Source of the DNA: a virus
Taxonomy: Duplodnaviria; Caudoviricetes
Direction: 5' to 3' (one strand)
IMG/VR virus record: IMGVR_UViG_3300049982_000026
Span: 1-59,380 of that record
Length of the DNA stretch: 59,380 nt
Part shown: positions 25,329-34,358 of the stretch, in pieces
Layout: each line of letters opens with the position of its first letter
How positions within the stretch are numbered: position 1 is the stretch's first letter
The notes under the pieces: model-generated
Databases searched by the model: none
Seen by the model: the letters and a program-made list of their open reading frames with translations, nothing else
What the model was told of the DNA's origin: nothing
Made by a program: the position numbers and the translations under genes

Positions 25329-25576
25329 CAGTCCTCCAGGTGAACTTCGTCGAGGTAGACGTCGGTCTCGCCGTGCGTCTGGTCGCTGATGAACTCGCAC
25401 GGGTTGTCCAGCGCGTCGTTCAGCTTCCACAGGTCGGTGGTGCCGACCTCCTGCGCGCTGCAGTAGCGGGCGATGACCTCCTTCTCCAGGGCGGCGTCGC
25501 GCCCCTCCTCGGTCTTGAAGACCCGGGCGTCCGACTCGCCGTCGGAGACCAGGGTCAGTGTGTAAACGGAGCTCAT
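25328..25576 (-). CDS. Hypothetical acidic protein
   Basis: Coupled ORF. Confidence 0.65.
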   Translation of the reverse strand: MSSVYTLTLVSDGESDARVFKTEEGRDAALEKEVIARYCSAQEVGTTDLWKLNDALDNPCEFISDQTHGETDVYLDEVHLED

Positions 25577-25914
25577 CGCAGGTCCTCCCGTCCCAGGATC
25601 GTCAGGGCGACGTCGAGCGCCTCGACCAGCGCGTTGACCTCGGGGTTGGCGGCGTCGGGGTCGGCGATGCTCCGAGCCTTCTGCGTCAGCCGCGTGAGCT
25701 CGGCGTGGCGGTGCGGCTCCAGGGCTCGGGCGGCGGGCTTGAGCATGGCGGCCAACGAGCTCCGCTTGCCCTCGATCAGGATCGGCTCGTCGCCCTCGTC
25801 GAGCACGAGCGCCGCCGGAGAGGTGACGGAGTTGCCGTCGCCCATCTCCTCGCCACGCTCGGCCACCGAGACCTTGACGTCACTCACGGTGAGCCAGTTC
25901 AGGTAGATGCCCAT
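25573..25914 (-). CDS. Hypothetical protein
   Basis: TGATG-coupled. Confidence 0.65.
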   Translation of the reverse strand: MGIYLNWLTVSDVKVSVAERGEEMGDGNSVTSPAALVLDEGDEPILIEGKRSSLAAMLKPAARALEPHRHAELTRLTQKARSIADPDAANPEVNALVEALDVALTILGREDLR

Positions 25915-26801
25915 CAGATGCCCCTCACAATCATGTTGCTGGTTGGATTTGTGTATGCCGCCATCTGCAGAGCGTAACGGCTGGTGATCGGCTTGGTCGA
26001 GCCCCAACTCGTGATCGTGATGTCGTCGGTCTCGCGGGGCATCACCTCGCCGCAGACGATGCAGTCCGGGCCGCAGTTGCCGATCACGGACGAGTAGCCC
26101 TGCACAGGCTTGAGCAGGTCCTCGATCTCCTCGACGTCAGTCTTCGGCTCGATCACCGCACCGGACGCGTCGGTCGTCGTGCTGGCGTAGTACGCCGCCT
26201 GCATGCGCTCCTTCTCGGCGCGCTCCTCGATCGCCCAGGGCGTGTCGTTCCAGTACATGTCGTTGTACCCGGGCCGGGCGTCGTTGTTCCACGGGACCAG
26301 CTTGCGGCACTCCTCGTCGCGGGACTCGTACTGGTAGTAGCCGACGAGCTCGGTCTCGAATGCCGGACGGGTGTAGGTGTACCAGTCCATGCGGCCCTTC
26401 GAGCCGTCGGGCGGGTAGCCGAAGCTTTGGTAGCTCGCGGTCGCTTCCTTGACGGCTGCCTTGACGCCGTCGCGCACCTTGCGGAACGTCTGGCCGGACG
26501 AGCAGAAGTCGTCCAGGAAGATCCACCGGTTCCCGAGATCGCCCATCCACTTGCACGAGGAGTCGTGCGAGCTCTGGACCTCCTCGTCCTTGCGGACGAT
26601 GAACCATTTCTTGCCCAGGATCTGGGCGACCAGCGGCACGATCAGCATGCCGGAGCTGCCGCGTCCGACGATCGTGTCGAACTCGATCCCGGTCTCGATG
26701 GACGCGAGACGGAGCTCTTCCGCGATGCCGGCGGGGTCGTCGATCATGCGTGAGCTGTAGGTGGCGAAGCGCAGCGCGTCGCCGAGGTGGTCAATCTTCA
26801 T
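25914..26801 (-). CDS. Type I phosphoribosyltransferase with a long C-terminal extension
   Basis: IVGRGSSG, FIVRK, WIFLDDFCSSGQT PRPP-binding loop. Confidence 0.82.
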   Translation of the reverse strand: MKIDHLGDALRFATYSSRMIDDPAGIAEELRLASIETGIEFDTIVGRGSSGMLIVPLVAQILGKKWFIVRKDEEVQSSHDSSCKWMGDLGNRWIFLDDFCSSGQTFRKVRDGVKAAVKEATASYQSFGYPPDGSKGRMDWYTYTRPAFETELVGYYQYESRDEECRKLVPWNNDARPGYNDMYWNDTPWAIEERAEKERMQAAYYASTTTDASGAVIEPKTDVEEIEDLLKPVQGYSSVIGNCGPDCIVCGEVMPRETDDITITSWGSTKPITSRYALQMAAYTNPTSNMIVRGI

Positions 26802-26804
26802 CGG

Positions 26805-26990
26805 TCAATCTCCCATGAGGTTGCACGGACACTGCGGGTTGCCACACTTCGGACCGCGCTCGACGTGGATCGTGCGGGTCTTGCGACGGAGGGTGGATGT
26901 CGTGCCGTCGCTCCACTCGATCTCAACCGAACCGTCGTCGTTCTGGGCGATGACCTCGCCCTTGCGGTAGTCGCCTACGCCATCCATCAC
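26805..26990 (-). CDS. Small hypothetical protein
   Basis: Coupled ORF with C-terminal CGNPQCPC. Confidence 0.55.
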   Translation of the reverse strand: MMDGVGDYRKGEVIAQNDDGSVEIEWSDGTTSTLRRKTRTIHVERGPKCGNPQCPCNLMGD

Positions 26991-27679
26991 GCCTCGCCGT
27001 GGTACGCGGCGGCGCGCTCGCGTCGCCAGTATGTCCAGGTGGTCGCTTGGACCTGTGCCGGAGTCCAGACCTCGCCGAGCTCGGCGGAGATGATCCGGGC
27101 GGCGCGGCGATAGAGCTCCGCCACGGTGTCGTACGCTCCCTTGCGGCCCAGCGCGAGTCCGCGAGACTGGTCGTTCAGGACCTGCCCGAAGGTTATGTCG
27201 ATCGCATGACGGTCGACCACCACAGCGCGAGGATCGGTCGGGTTGACGATCGTGAAGTAGAACGCTCGCACCTTCGGACCGCCGAGCACATCCTCGGGAG
27301 ACTCACCGTTCAGGATGCGCCACGCCTTGCGAGCGTTAGCGTTCAGCGTCGGGATCATGCCCGTGAAGTAGGCCTCGGCGATATCGCCCGTGTTGCCCAT
27401 CAGCGGATGCTTGACGACGTCTGCGTGGACCATGTACGCCAGCTCGGCGTACTCCACATTCTTCCGCCACGCGAGGCGAGGAGACAGCGCGGCGATGACG
27501 CCAGCGGCCGCCTGAATCTCAGCCTCGGAGTAGTAGCCGTTGCCAGCCGTGTACTGCGTGGCAAGCTTCTCGGCGAGGTCACGCGCCCTGGCGTACCATC
27601 CGTGACCGATTGCCCGGTCGCCGTCGGTCGCCTCGCGGAACGTGGCGGTGATGTTGCGTGTCAATGGTCGGTTGCTCAT
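26987..27679 (-). CDS. Phage protein with HhH DNA-glycosylase-like motifs (DUF7178-like, tentative)
   Basis: GWY...IAALSP...W..N...GPKVRAF...VVVDRHA...QVQATTW. Confidence 0.65.
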   Translation of the reverse strand: MSNRPLTRNITATFREATDGDRAIGHGWYARARDLAEKLATQYTAGNGYYSEAEIQAAAGVIAALSPRLAWRKNVEYAELAYMVHADVVKHPLMGNTGDIAEAYFTGMIPTLNANARKAWRILNGESPEDVLGGPKVRAFYFTIVNPTDPRAVVVDRHAIDITFGQVLNDQSRGLALGRKGAYDTVAELYRRAARIISAELGEVWTPAQVQATTWTYWRRERAAAYHGEA

Positions 27680-27774
27680 GACCCGATCCTCTCATCGGTA
27701 GTGTGTTTGTGTCAATAGGCTGAGCGGCCTAGGACGCACACCTCGGGGCGGCGAGGTGTGCGCGGCTGGGTTGC

Positions 27775-28212
27775 TCAGAGCGGCGCGGGTTCCAAGTGCG
27801 GATCGTGGAGAGACTTCTCGGCGATCGTGTACGGGCCCAGGAGTTCGCCTGACGGCTCGCGGAGTAGCACGAGCTGTCCGACCTCCAGAGTCTCGCCCTC
27901 AGCCTGCCTGGCGACCGGTGTGGAGGCGATGATGACGGCCTGGGCGGCCGTGGTGACGCTGATCTCGGCGTCGGTCCCGATGTTGTCCGGACCCAGGTAC
28001 TTGCCCGGGCCGCCGTACCGACCGAAGTCGGTCCACTTGCCCTCGGGGCAGGTGTTCAAACGCTTCCGGTTGTCCCAGACCGTGATCAGGAACTGCGCGT
28101 TGCGGTTGTGTCGCGCCTTGCGGATGCGGTGCACGAACTTGGACCGGTAGCGGATGTTGTACGTCTCGACCTCGTAGCGGCTGGCCGGACTCAGATCGAT
28201 GATGGTCGGCAT
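27775..28212 (-). CDS. Hypothetical protein
   Basis: TGATG-coupled. Confidence 0.65.
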   Translation of the reverse strand: MPTIIDLSPASRYEVETYNIRYRSKFVHRIRKARHNRNAQFLITVWDNRKRLNTCPEGKWTDFGRYGGPGKYLGPDNIGTDAEISVTTAAQAVIIASTPVARQAEGETLEVGQLVLLREPSGELLGPYTIAEKSLHDPHLEPAPL

Positions 28213-28490
28213 CACTTCACCACCAGATTGCCCAGGTGGTTGACCGTGACCGTGGCGTACCACTTCCGGTCGGTGAAGGGGTCGGGACCGACCACACTCC
28301 AGGCCTCGCTCGCCTTGTTCGGGCGGTTGCCGAGATCGTGAGCTCGCACGGTCTCCTCAGCGTTCGGGAAGTTCCCGGTCGTGTAGAGCGTGACGCGCTC
28401 ACCAGCCTTGAGAGCTCGCTTGAGTGCGGCCTTGCTCTTGAAGCTCGATCCGTCGGGAGCGTGCGCTCCAGCGTTGATCCAAGTGGTCAT
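28212..28490 (-). CDS. Hypothetical protein
   Basis: FKSKAALKRA...VVGPDPFTDRKWYATV. Confidence 0.7.
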   Translation of the reverse strand: MTTWINAGAHAPDGSSFKSKAALKRALKAGERVTLYTTGNFPNAEETVRAHDLGNRPNKASEAWSVVGPDPFTDRKWYATVTVNHLGNLVVK

Positions 28491-28774
28491 CGTACGTCCT
28501 CGATCTCGAAGTGGATGCCCTTTGCGGTGCGGAACCGCTTGAGCGGTGTGAGAGCTCGCTTGTAGGCAAGTTTCTGCGCCTCGCGGTCCTTCGGTGGCTC
28601 AGTCACCAGCGCCTGCAGCATCTTGCTTGCACGGCGCGGTGCCTGCCAGTACGGCCAGCCGTCGGAGTTGCTGTTGACGGCTCGCATGAGGTGATGGAGA
28701 GTCCGGGTGGCCGGACCGAGTACCGGATCGTACGACCAGCGGCGTACCGCGTCGACGATGTCGTACTCGTTCAT
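28487..28774 (-). CDS. Hypothetical protein
   Basis: NSNSDGWPYW...PRRA...ALTPLKRFRT; coupled. Confidence 0.7.
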   Translation of the reverse strand: MNEYDIVDAVRRWSYDPVLGPATRTLHHLMRAVNSNSDGWPYWQAPRRASKMLQALVTEPPKDREAQKLAYKRALTPLKRFRTAKGIHFEIEDVR

Positions 28775-28968
28775 CAGTTAGTCCGGCGAGCGTAGGCGGA
28801 CCTGTCCTGCCGGCGACCCTCACGGACCTCGACGCGGCGGCCGTGGCGCGGCCGCATGGCGGCGCGGGTGGGCAGGTTCTCGGTGTCAATCTCTCGCAGC
28901 ATGGCGAGTCCTCTCATCATGAGCCGGGTTGCTCGTCGGTGCCACGTGCTGGACGTGGCACCTCCCGT

Positions 28969-29163
28969 TCAAACCGGTTCTGCGTTGACCATCACGTGGT
29001 CGGAGCGGATCCGGCGACGCTCTCCCGTACTCTCGTCCGTCAGTTGGACGTAGCCGGGGTAGCGGCCGGATCGCTGCATCTTGCGTGATCCGATGTTGAT
29101 CGAATCAGGGTGACGGACGGCCCATCCGTCGTATCGCCAGTAGCGGCCGTGGTACCAGATCAC
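28969..29163 (-). CDS. Hypothetical protein
   Basis: GGAG RBS before GTG. Confidence 0.5.
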   Translation of the reverse strand: MIWYHGRYWRYDGWAVRHPDSINIGSRKMQRSGRYPGYVQLTDESTGERRRIRSDHVMVNAEPV

Positions 29164-29164
29164 G

Positions 29165-29542
29165 TCAGTACTCCAGGCCCTGGAGATCCTGCCACATGTC
29201 CTCGGAGGTGCAGAGCGCGTCGGCTTGCTCGCGCATCCGGCGGCAGGCTCGCCAGGTCTTGTGAGCCTTGATCGAATCCTGGTCATAGCCGTACTCCTCG
29301 CAGTAGTCCACGAAGCCGTGTTGCCCGGCTGACGCGTCACTGGCCAGGGCGTAGAGCGCGCCGTCCTTGTCGAAGTCCGTGTGTGCCAGTCCCATCCGGA
29401 ACTTGAACTTGACCACGCGGTCGCCGTGCGTGACCTTGACCTTGTACGCGGTGTGCTCCCAGCCGTCGGCGTCTTTGGTGTTGTCGTGGAACTTGCCCTT
29501 GACCTTGACGTCGTACGCCTTGCGGAATTCCTTCGGGGTCAT
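29165..29542 (-). CDS. Hypothetical protein
   Basis: GAGG RBS; LASDAS...FVDYCEEYGYDQDSIKA. Confidence 0.7.
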   Translation of the reverse strand: MTPKEFRKAYDVKVKGKFHDNTKDADGWEHTAYKVKVTHGDRVVKFKFRMGLAHTDFDKDGALYALASDASAGQHGFVDYCEEYGYDQDSIKAHKTWRACRRMREQADALCTSEDMWQDLQGLEY

Positions 29543-29759
29543 GGTTCCAAACCTCTCGTGTCGGTGCTCCGGTTGAGCATCCTTGGAACCGTCAGGGCCA
29601 GGCAGGCACACCGTAGTCGGCGCGGCTTGCAGACCAGACCTGACGGGATCAGGGTGGCTCAGCGGTTGCTGAGTACTGCGTAGAGCTCGGATCCTCCGGC
29701 GTACCAAGATCCGATGGCGATGGCGGCGAGACTGGCCAGTACGGCGAGCACGCGGCCCA

Positions 29760-30200
29760 TCAGTAGCTCCGGAACTTCGCGGCGTCCTCGGGGTGCTCGT
29801 CGATGAACTGCACCTGATAGGCGATGGCCTCATTGTTGTCCAGCCACAGCCCGTAGATCTGGTCCGCGTCGTACTCCGGGTAGGCCATGCGGATGGCGGC
29901 GATGAACGCGTCCTGACTGCGACGGTAGTTCGATCCTCCGGCCACGGCCATCTCTTCGGATGTCGCGGTGTCGAAGTGTGCCCTACGGACGTCCTCGACG
30001 ACGCGCTTCCACAGGTCGGAGTTCGTTTCGAGCTTCCAGCCCTCGGGGAGCGGGTGGCGGTTCTCCGGCGTGAAGTGAACGATGCTGTCGCGCTTGCAGA
30101 CAACCATGGCGGATCCGTCGGCGTAGGTCACGACAGCGCCGGGGTTTTCGCGGCAGCAGTTCCACGCGGGGTTCGCGGGGTTCGTCAAGTTGTGCAGCAT
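29760..30200 (-). CDS. Hypothetical protein, first gene of the early arm
   Basis: GGGAG RBS, codon bias. Confidence 0.65.
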   Translation of the reverse strand: MLHNLTNPANPAWNCCRENPGAVVTYADGSAMVVCKRDSIVHFTPENRHPLPEGWKLETNSDLWKRVVEDVRRAHFDTATSEEMAVAGGSNYRRSQDAFIAAIRMAYPEYDADQIYGLWLDNNEAIAYQVQFIDEHPEDAAKFRSY

Positions 30201-30685
30201 GGTAGTGACTCCCATCATCAGACACACCGCGTCTCTCGCGGTGGATCTCGTGACGGGGGGCCGGCAAGACGCAACTGTAGTGTCGTGTCGGCCCTCGTCT
30301 CATTTACGAGGTAGCAACTCCTCGCGGCTCGGTTACTCTCCCTGTCACAGCGTCCCCCGTTCGGGGCGTTGCCGTACCACACCTGTCGACTCAGGCACCC
30401 GTTCCGCTATGCGGCAGTCGGGCTGTACGGTTCTGTGACGTGCTTCCGGTGGCGGCTAGTCGCTCACTCCACCCCGGATACCGTCCGAGCTCTCTCTATG
30501 GTCTTATTGCGGCGGCCACTTGCATCACACCTTGCAACCGGGCTCTCCGGCCTAAGCGAGTGTGACTGTGAAGCGCGGTGGAAGTCGGACCCTGACCTGC
30601 CCTTGGTACGCACCTGGTAGGTATGCGTGACCCCTTGCCTTGCTAGCCTGTGCTGTTGTGTTTGTGTCGCTTGCTGTTGAGTGGA

Positions 30686-30981
30686 ACATTACCGTGTGGC
30701 GGGTAGCTTGTCAAGTCCCGATTTTCAGGGGATCCGGGGTCTTGTGTGCGGTCGCAGTAGAGGAGCTCCCTAAGGCCCTTGCTGGTCATGTGCACAACCC
30801 CTACCCCTGTGTAGGCGGGCCCTGTGTAGCACCCCTGCCCTACGGTAGGTCCACTCTGGAGTTATCAACTGGGCTTGACCTTACAGGCACCCTGCCTGAC
30901 TGTCAACCCCTCCGCCTGGCACCCTGCCCTGCGGCCCTTCCCAACACCCAGAACATTACTCCTCACCCCCACACCATGCAA
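30686..30981 (-). promoter_or_regulatory. Three tandem leftward SigA/HrdB-type early promoters
   Basis: TTGACA-17-TAATGT (30714-30686), TTGACA-17-TAAGGT (30906-30878), TTGCAT-17-TAATGT (30981-30953). Confidence 0.8.
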
Positions 30982-31164
30982 CCCCATCTCACTAGATGAG
31001 ACAGATCATCTCATACTCATGAGTAAGGCAGCCTCTCAGCTCCTCTCACCCCTGCCCTGATCTGCGGTTACTACGCTGAGTGAGCCTTGACTACAGCTGG
31101 CACAACAGTGCCTTGCTAGCCGGCTAACTAACCTGGCACTACTGTGCCATTCACGCCCCCTTGA

Positions 31165-31240
31165 CACCCGGGGGGGGACCCCCTACCCTCGCGCGGGCGC
31201 CCACCGATCGGCATAGCACCAGAAATTCCTCCCGGGTTTT
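31165..31240. other. Probable cos/physical genome end region
   Basis: G/C runs (GGGGGGGGACCCCC) then CCACCGATCGGCATAGC in non-coding DNA; L5-type terminase and HNH imply cohesive ends. Exact cut site is inferred only. Confidence 0.4.
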
Positions 31241-31306
31241 TAATGCGAGACTTATATAGCTCTACGTGCACGATCGGTCACTCTCGAGCGCCTCGCCGGC
31301 CCGGCC

Positions 31307-31634
31307 GTGACACCTGTGACATGTGACGCCCCCTCAACAAGTCGCTCAGTATGAAATCTGGAGAGCCAGGGGAGACAGGGAATCTAGATCTCTCATGTAT
31401 TAAGTAGAAAAGGGTGTCACAGGTGTCACAAGGGGGTAAAAAGGGCCTCTGACCTGGGGTTTTAGGTGTGACAGGGGGGGTGTCACAGGGGTGTCACATC
31501 AAGGGAGGGGGTGTCACACTTGCCTCCACAAAGAGTCACCCCCCGTAACCTAGAGTTAATGGTTACGGGGGGTGTGTGTGACAGCTACGGACAGCTATGC
31601 CCGGTTGTGACACCGCCGATGGCCAGCCGTCACA
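31307..31634. repeat. Iteron-like (GT)GTCACA/TGTGAC(AC) repeats, putative replication origin
   Basis: About 13 copies in both orientations around AT-rich patches, abutting the 3' end of the primase-helicase. Confidence 0.75.
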
Positions 31635-34074
31635 GCTCGATGTCCCACTTCTGGTCCTCGGTGACGTCGACCCGGTACTCCGGAGAGAGCACGATGCCCT
31701 TCCATCCCCGGACCTGCCGACCGCCGACGCGGCCACGGTCCTTCTTCACCTTGACGTTGTCGCGCAGCTTGAGCACGATGTCGTCGACCGGCGGCCGAGA
31801 GCTGTAGCCGTTCCGCTGGCACCAGATTTCGAAGGCCTTGGCGATGTGCTCCGTCGCGGTGAAGTCCTTCATGTCGCCGGTGACGGTCGCTGCCTCCTCC
31901 CAGAACTCGCTGGTGAAGTCGGTCGCCTTCTCGAACTCGTCCTGATCGGCCTCGATGATCGAGTAGTCGCCGCGCGCGAGCAGATCGGCCAGGAACGAGA
32001 CGGCCTTGGCGATGATGCCCTCGGCCTCCTGCAGCAGGACCTTGTGGTACTGGTCCACGATCTTCGTCTCGACGCCCAGCGCCTCCATGAACCGCAGGAT
32101 GGCGAAGCGGCGCGTCCAGGCCGATGTACGGTCGCTCGAGCGCGGGATCTGGTTGGCCGAGAAGAGGTGGTTGCAGAACGGCCGGAAGCTGAACTCCGGC
32201 TTGTTCTTCTGCTGCGCCTGGATCGCCTCGCTGGCGACGACCCGCTTGAAGATGGCCGTCTCGGCGATCTTGGTGGGGTCGATGTCCGTCACGATGTTCG
32301 CCTGCTTGCCGAGCAGGGAGTGCGTGGCGAAGACCGTCTTCGTCATGTCCTGCGGGGAGAGCGCGGCGCAGTTGCCGTCGCCGACGAGCCCCTGAACCGT
32401 CTCGAGGAACGTCGACTTGCCGGACTTGCCGACGCCGTACAGCAGGCCGGCGCGCTGGATCGGGTTGCCGGAGTACAGCGTGGTGGCGATGAGCTCCCAG
32501 GCGAGCTGGATGCCGTCACCGCTGAGCCGCTGGTCCAGCCACTCGTCGAACTTCGGGCAGGTAGCCTCGGAGTTCCAGTTGTGCGGGAGCTGCACGGTCG
32601 ACTTGTACTCCGGACCATGCTCGGCGAGCTCGCCCGTCCGCCAGTTGAGCATCCCGTTGCGGAAGTTGATGTAGCTCGGGTGCGGCTCGACCCGGATCTC
32701 GTCGACCATCGTCGACATCACGTCCTCCACCTGGACCACGTCGGCCCGCTTGTAGTTGTCGAGGAACGAGGCCGCCATCGAGAGCCGAACGATCGAGTCG
32801 TTCAGGATCCAGGCGCCCTCCTTGTAGATCCACCAGTTCTGCCCGGTCGACAGCGGCTGCTTGCCGATGGGCCACGACTTCGTGATCCGCTGGGCGGTGG
32901 TGGCCGGGAGCAGCTCCTTCTCCTTCTGCTTGCCGTCCTCGTCCACCTGGATCCGGCGGCACCCCTTGACGTCGAAGACGATGTGGCCCTGGACGCCACC
33001 GACGAGCTTGGCCTCCGAGGTCACCTCCTCCTCGTCAGCGGTACCGCCGTCGGCTTTTGGGGACGGGCTCCGGTCCTCGACGCCGTCGAACAGGTCGACC
33101 TCGTCTTCGATCGGATAGTGCGCCGGGGATGCCGAGCTGAGCGCTCGGACGAACTTGCCTAGGCCGTCGGCCAGCGTGAACGAGCTGTCGTTCGGGAGGT
33201 TCTGCCGCAGCAGGCCGACGACGTCATCCTTGCCGAGCGGGTTCCAGTCGGCGTTGACGATCTGCGCGAGCCGGTAGGTACGGCGCAGCACGCCAGCCTC
33301 CCAGCCCTCCTGCTCGCCACGGAACTCTTCGCGGTAGCCCTCCGGCCAGCGCTTCATCGCGTCGAGCTCGGCCATGGTCCCGCCGACAGCCTTGTCCAGC
33401 CACTGGTCGATCTTGCGCTTGGTCGTCTCGTCGGCCGCCTCGTACGCCGCCGCGTTGGCGGTCCGCTCGACCGTCTCGGCGTCGTACTCCTTCGGCTTGG
33501 AGGCCTCCACCAGCGCCTCGGCCAGCTTGGCGGGCAGCGGAGTGAACTCGGCCGGTGACGAACGGTCGTACGAGTAGTCGCCGTCGCCAGGAGCGCCCGG
33601 CTTGACGTTGCTCGGGTGCAGCTTATTGCCCGGACCGAGCGCGTAACCGCCGACACCACGGATGTCGACGCCGACGAAGCCGCCGAAGTTCTGCTTGTTC
33701 CGGATCTCGTCACCCTCCGGCGCACTGAACCACAGCGAGCGACCGCCGGACCCGGTCAGCACCGTGAAGGTGGCCGGGAGGTCGTACTCCGCGAGGAACG
33801 CGTCGACCTGGTGGTTGGGCACGTAGTCGTCGAGGTCGATGCCGACCAGGCCGGACGCACCCATCGCGACGCCGTAGTTGCTGGTGATCTCCGAGGCGTC
33901 GGCGACAGCATCGAGCACGCCGCGAGTCTCAGCCGTCGGGATCTTGGACCCCCGGGAGATCGGGAAGACGTGGACACCCTTGCGGACGAGAGCGGCGGCC
34001 CACTTCGGGCCCTGGTGCTCGACCTTCGGAGCGACAGGGAGACCCCGCTCCTCCATGAACGACTTGTCGGTCAC
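31630..34074 (-). CDS. Bifunctional primase-polymerase fused to a D5-like SF3 helicase
   Basis: VFPI...SKIP...NYGVAMG...GIDLD...TGSGGR...DIRGVGGYALGPG; NFRNGMLN; Walker A GVGKSGKST; FSANQIP. Confidence 0.92.
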   Translation of the reverse strand: MTDKSFMEERGLPVAPKVEHQGPKWAAALVRKGVHVFPISRGSKIPTAETRGVLDAVADASEITSNYGVAMGASGLVGIDLDDYVPNHQVDAFLAEYDLPATFTVLTGSGGRSLWFSAPEGDEIRNKQNFGGFVGVDIRGVGGYALGPGNKLHPSNVKPGAPGDGDYSYDRSSPAEFTPLPAKLAEALVEASKPKEYDAETVERTANAAAYEAADETTKRKIDQWLDKAVGGTMAELDAMKRWPEGYREEFRGEQEGWEAGVLRRTYRLAQIVNADWNPLGKDDVVGLLRQNLPNDSSFTLADGLGKFVRALSSASPAHYPIEDEVDLFDGVEDRSPSPKADGGTADEEEVTSEAKLVGGVQGHIVFDVKGCRRIQVDEDGKQKEKELLPATTAQRITKSWPIGKQPLSTGQNWWIYKEGAWILNDSIVRLSMAASFLDNYKRADVVQVEDVMSTMVDEIRVEPHPSYINFRNGMLNWRTGELAEHGPEYKSTVQLPHNWNSEATCPKFDEWLDQRLSGDGIQLAWELIATTLYSGNPIQRAGLLYGVGKSGKSTFLETVQGLVGDGNCAALSPQDMTKTVFATHSLLGKQANIVTDIDPTKIAETAIFKRVVASEAIQAQQKNKPEFSFRPFCNHLFSANQIPRSSDRTSAWTRRFAILRFMEALGVETKIVDQYHKVLLQEAEGIIAKAVSFLADLLARGDYSIIEADQDEFEKATDFTSEFWEEAATVTGDMKDFTATEHIAKAFEIWCQRNGYSSRPPVDDIVLKLRDNVKVKKDRGRVGGRQVRGWKGIVLSPEYRVDVTEDQKWDIEL

Positions 34075-34280
34075 TTGAACCTCCTACGGTTCGGCGCCTT
34101 GCGCCACTCGTCGATGTCTGATTTCAGCCAGCAGGAGCCCATCGCGAACGTCTTGACCGGCTGAGGGAAGCCCCGGCCGCGCGTCCAGGAGAGTGCGGTG
34201 CTGTATGAGATACCGTACTCGGCTGCGATCTCCGCCAGTCCGAGGAGGTGCCCCAGGTCTACGGTCTTGGTTGGTGTCAT
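34071..34280 (-). CDS. Small HTH DNA-binding protein (AlpA/excisionase-like)
   Basis: LLGLAEIAAEYGISYSTALSW...FPQP...W..SDIDEW. Confidence 0.8.
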   Translation of the reverse strand: MTPTKTVDLGHLLGLAEIAAEYGISYSTALSWTRGRGFPQPVKTFAMGSCWLKSDIDEWRKAPNRRRFK

Positions 34281-34358
34281 GGGGAGAACTATAATCAGTT
34301 GTCTATCCGGATGTCTAGCCGGTTGCAGTTCGACAAAATTTGCGCTTTACTGTTCTCC
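34281..34358. promoter_or_regulatory. Divergent promoters giving probably leaderless mRNAs
   Basis: TATAGT 7 nt before ATG 34280 (minus); TTCGAC...TACTGT 5 nt before ATG 34359 (plus); no SD on either side. Confidence 0.6.

Noticed and set aside
31307-31634. CRISPR array
   Set aside because: Repeats are 5-8 nt, irregularly spaced and in both orientations; no cas operon
34071-34280. Lysogeny module
   Set aside because: Excisionase-like HTH only; no integrase, parAB or repressor recognised
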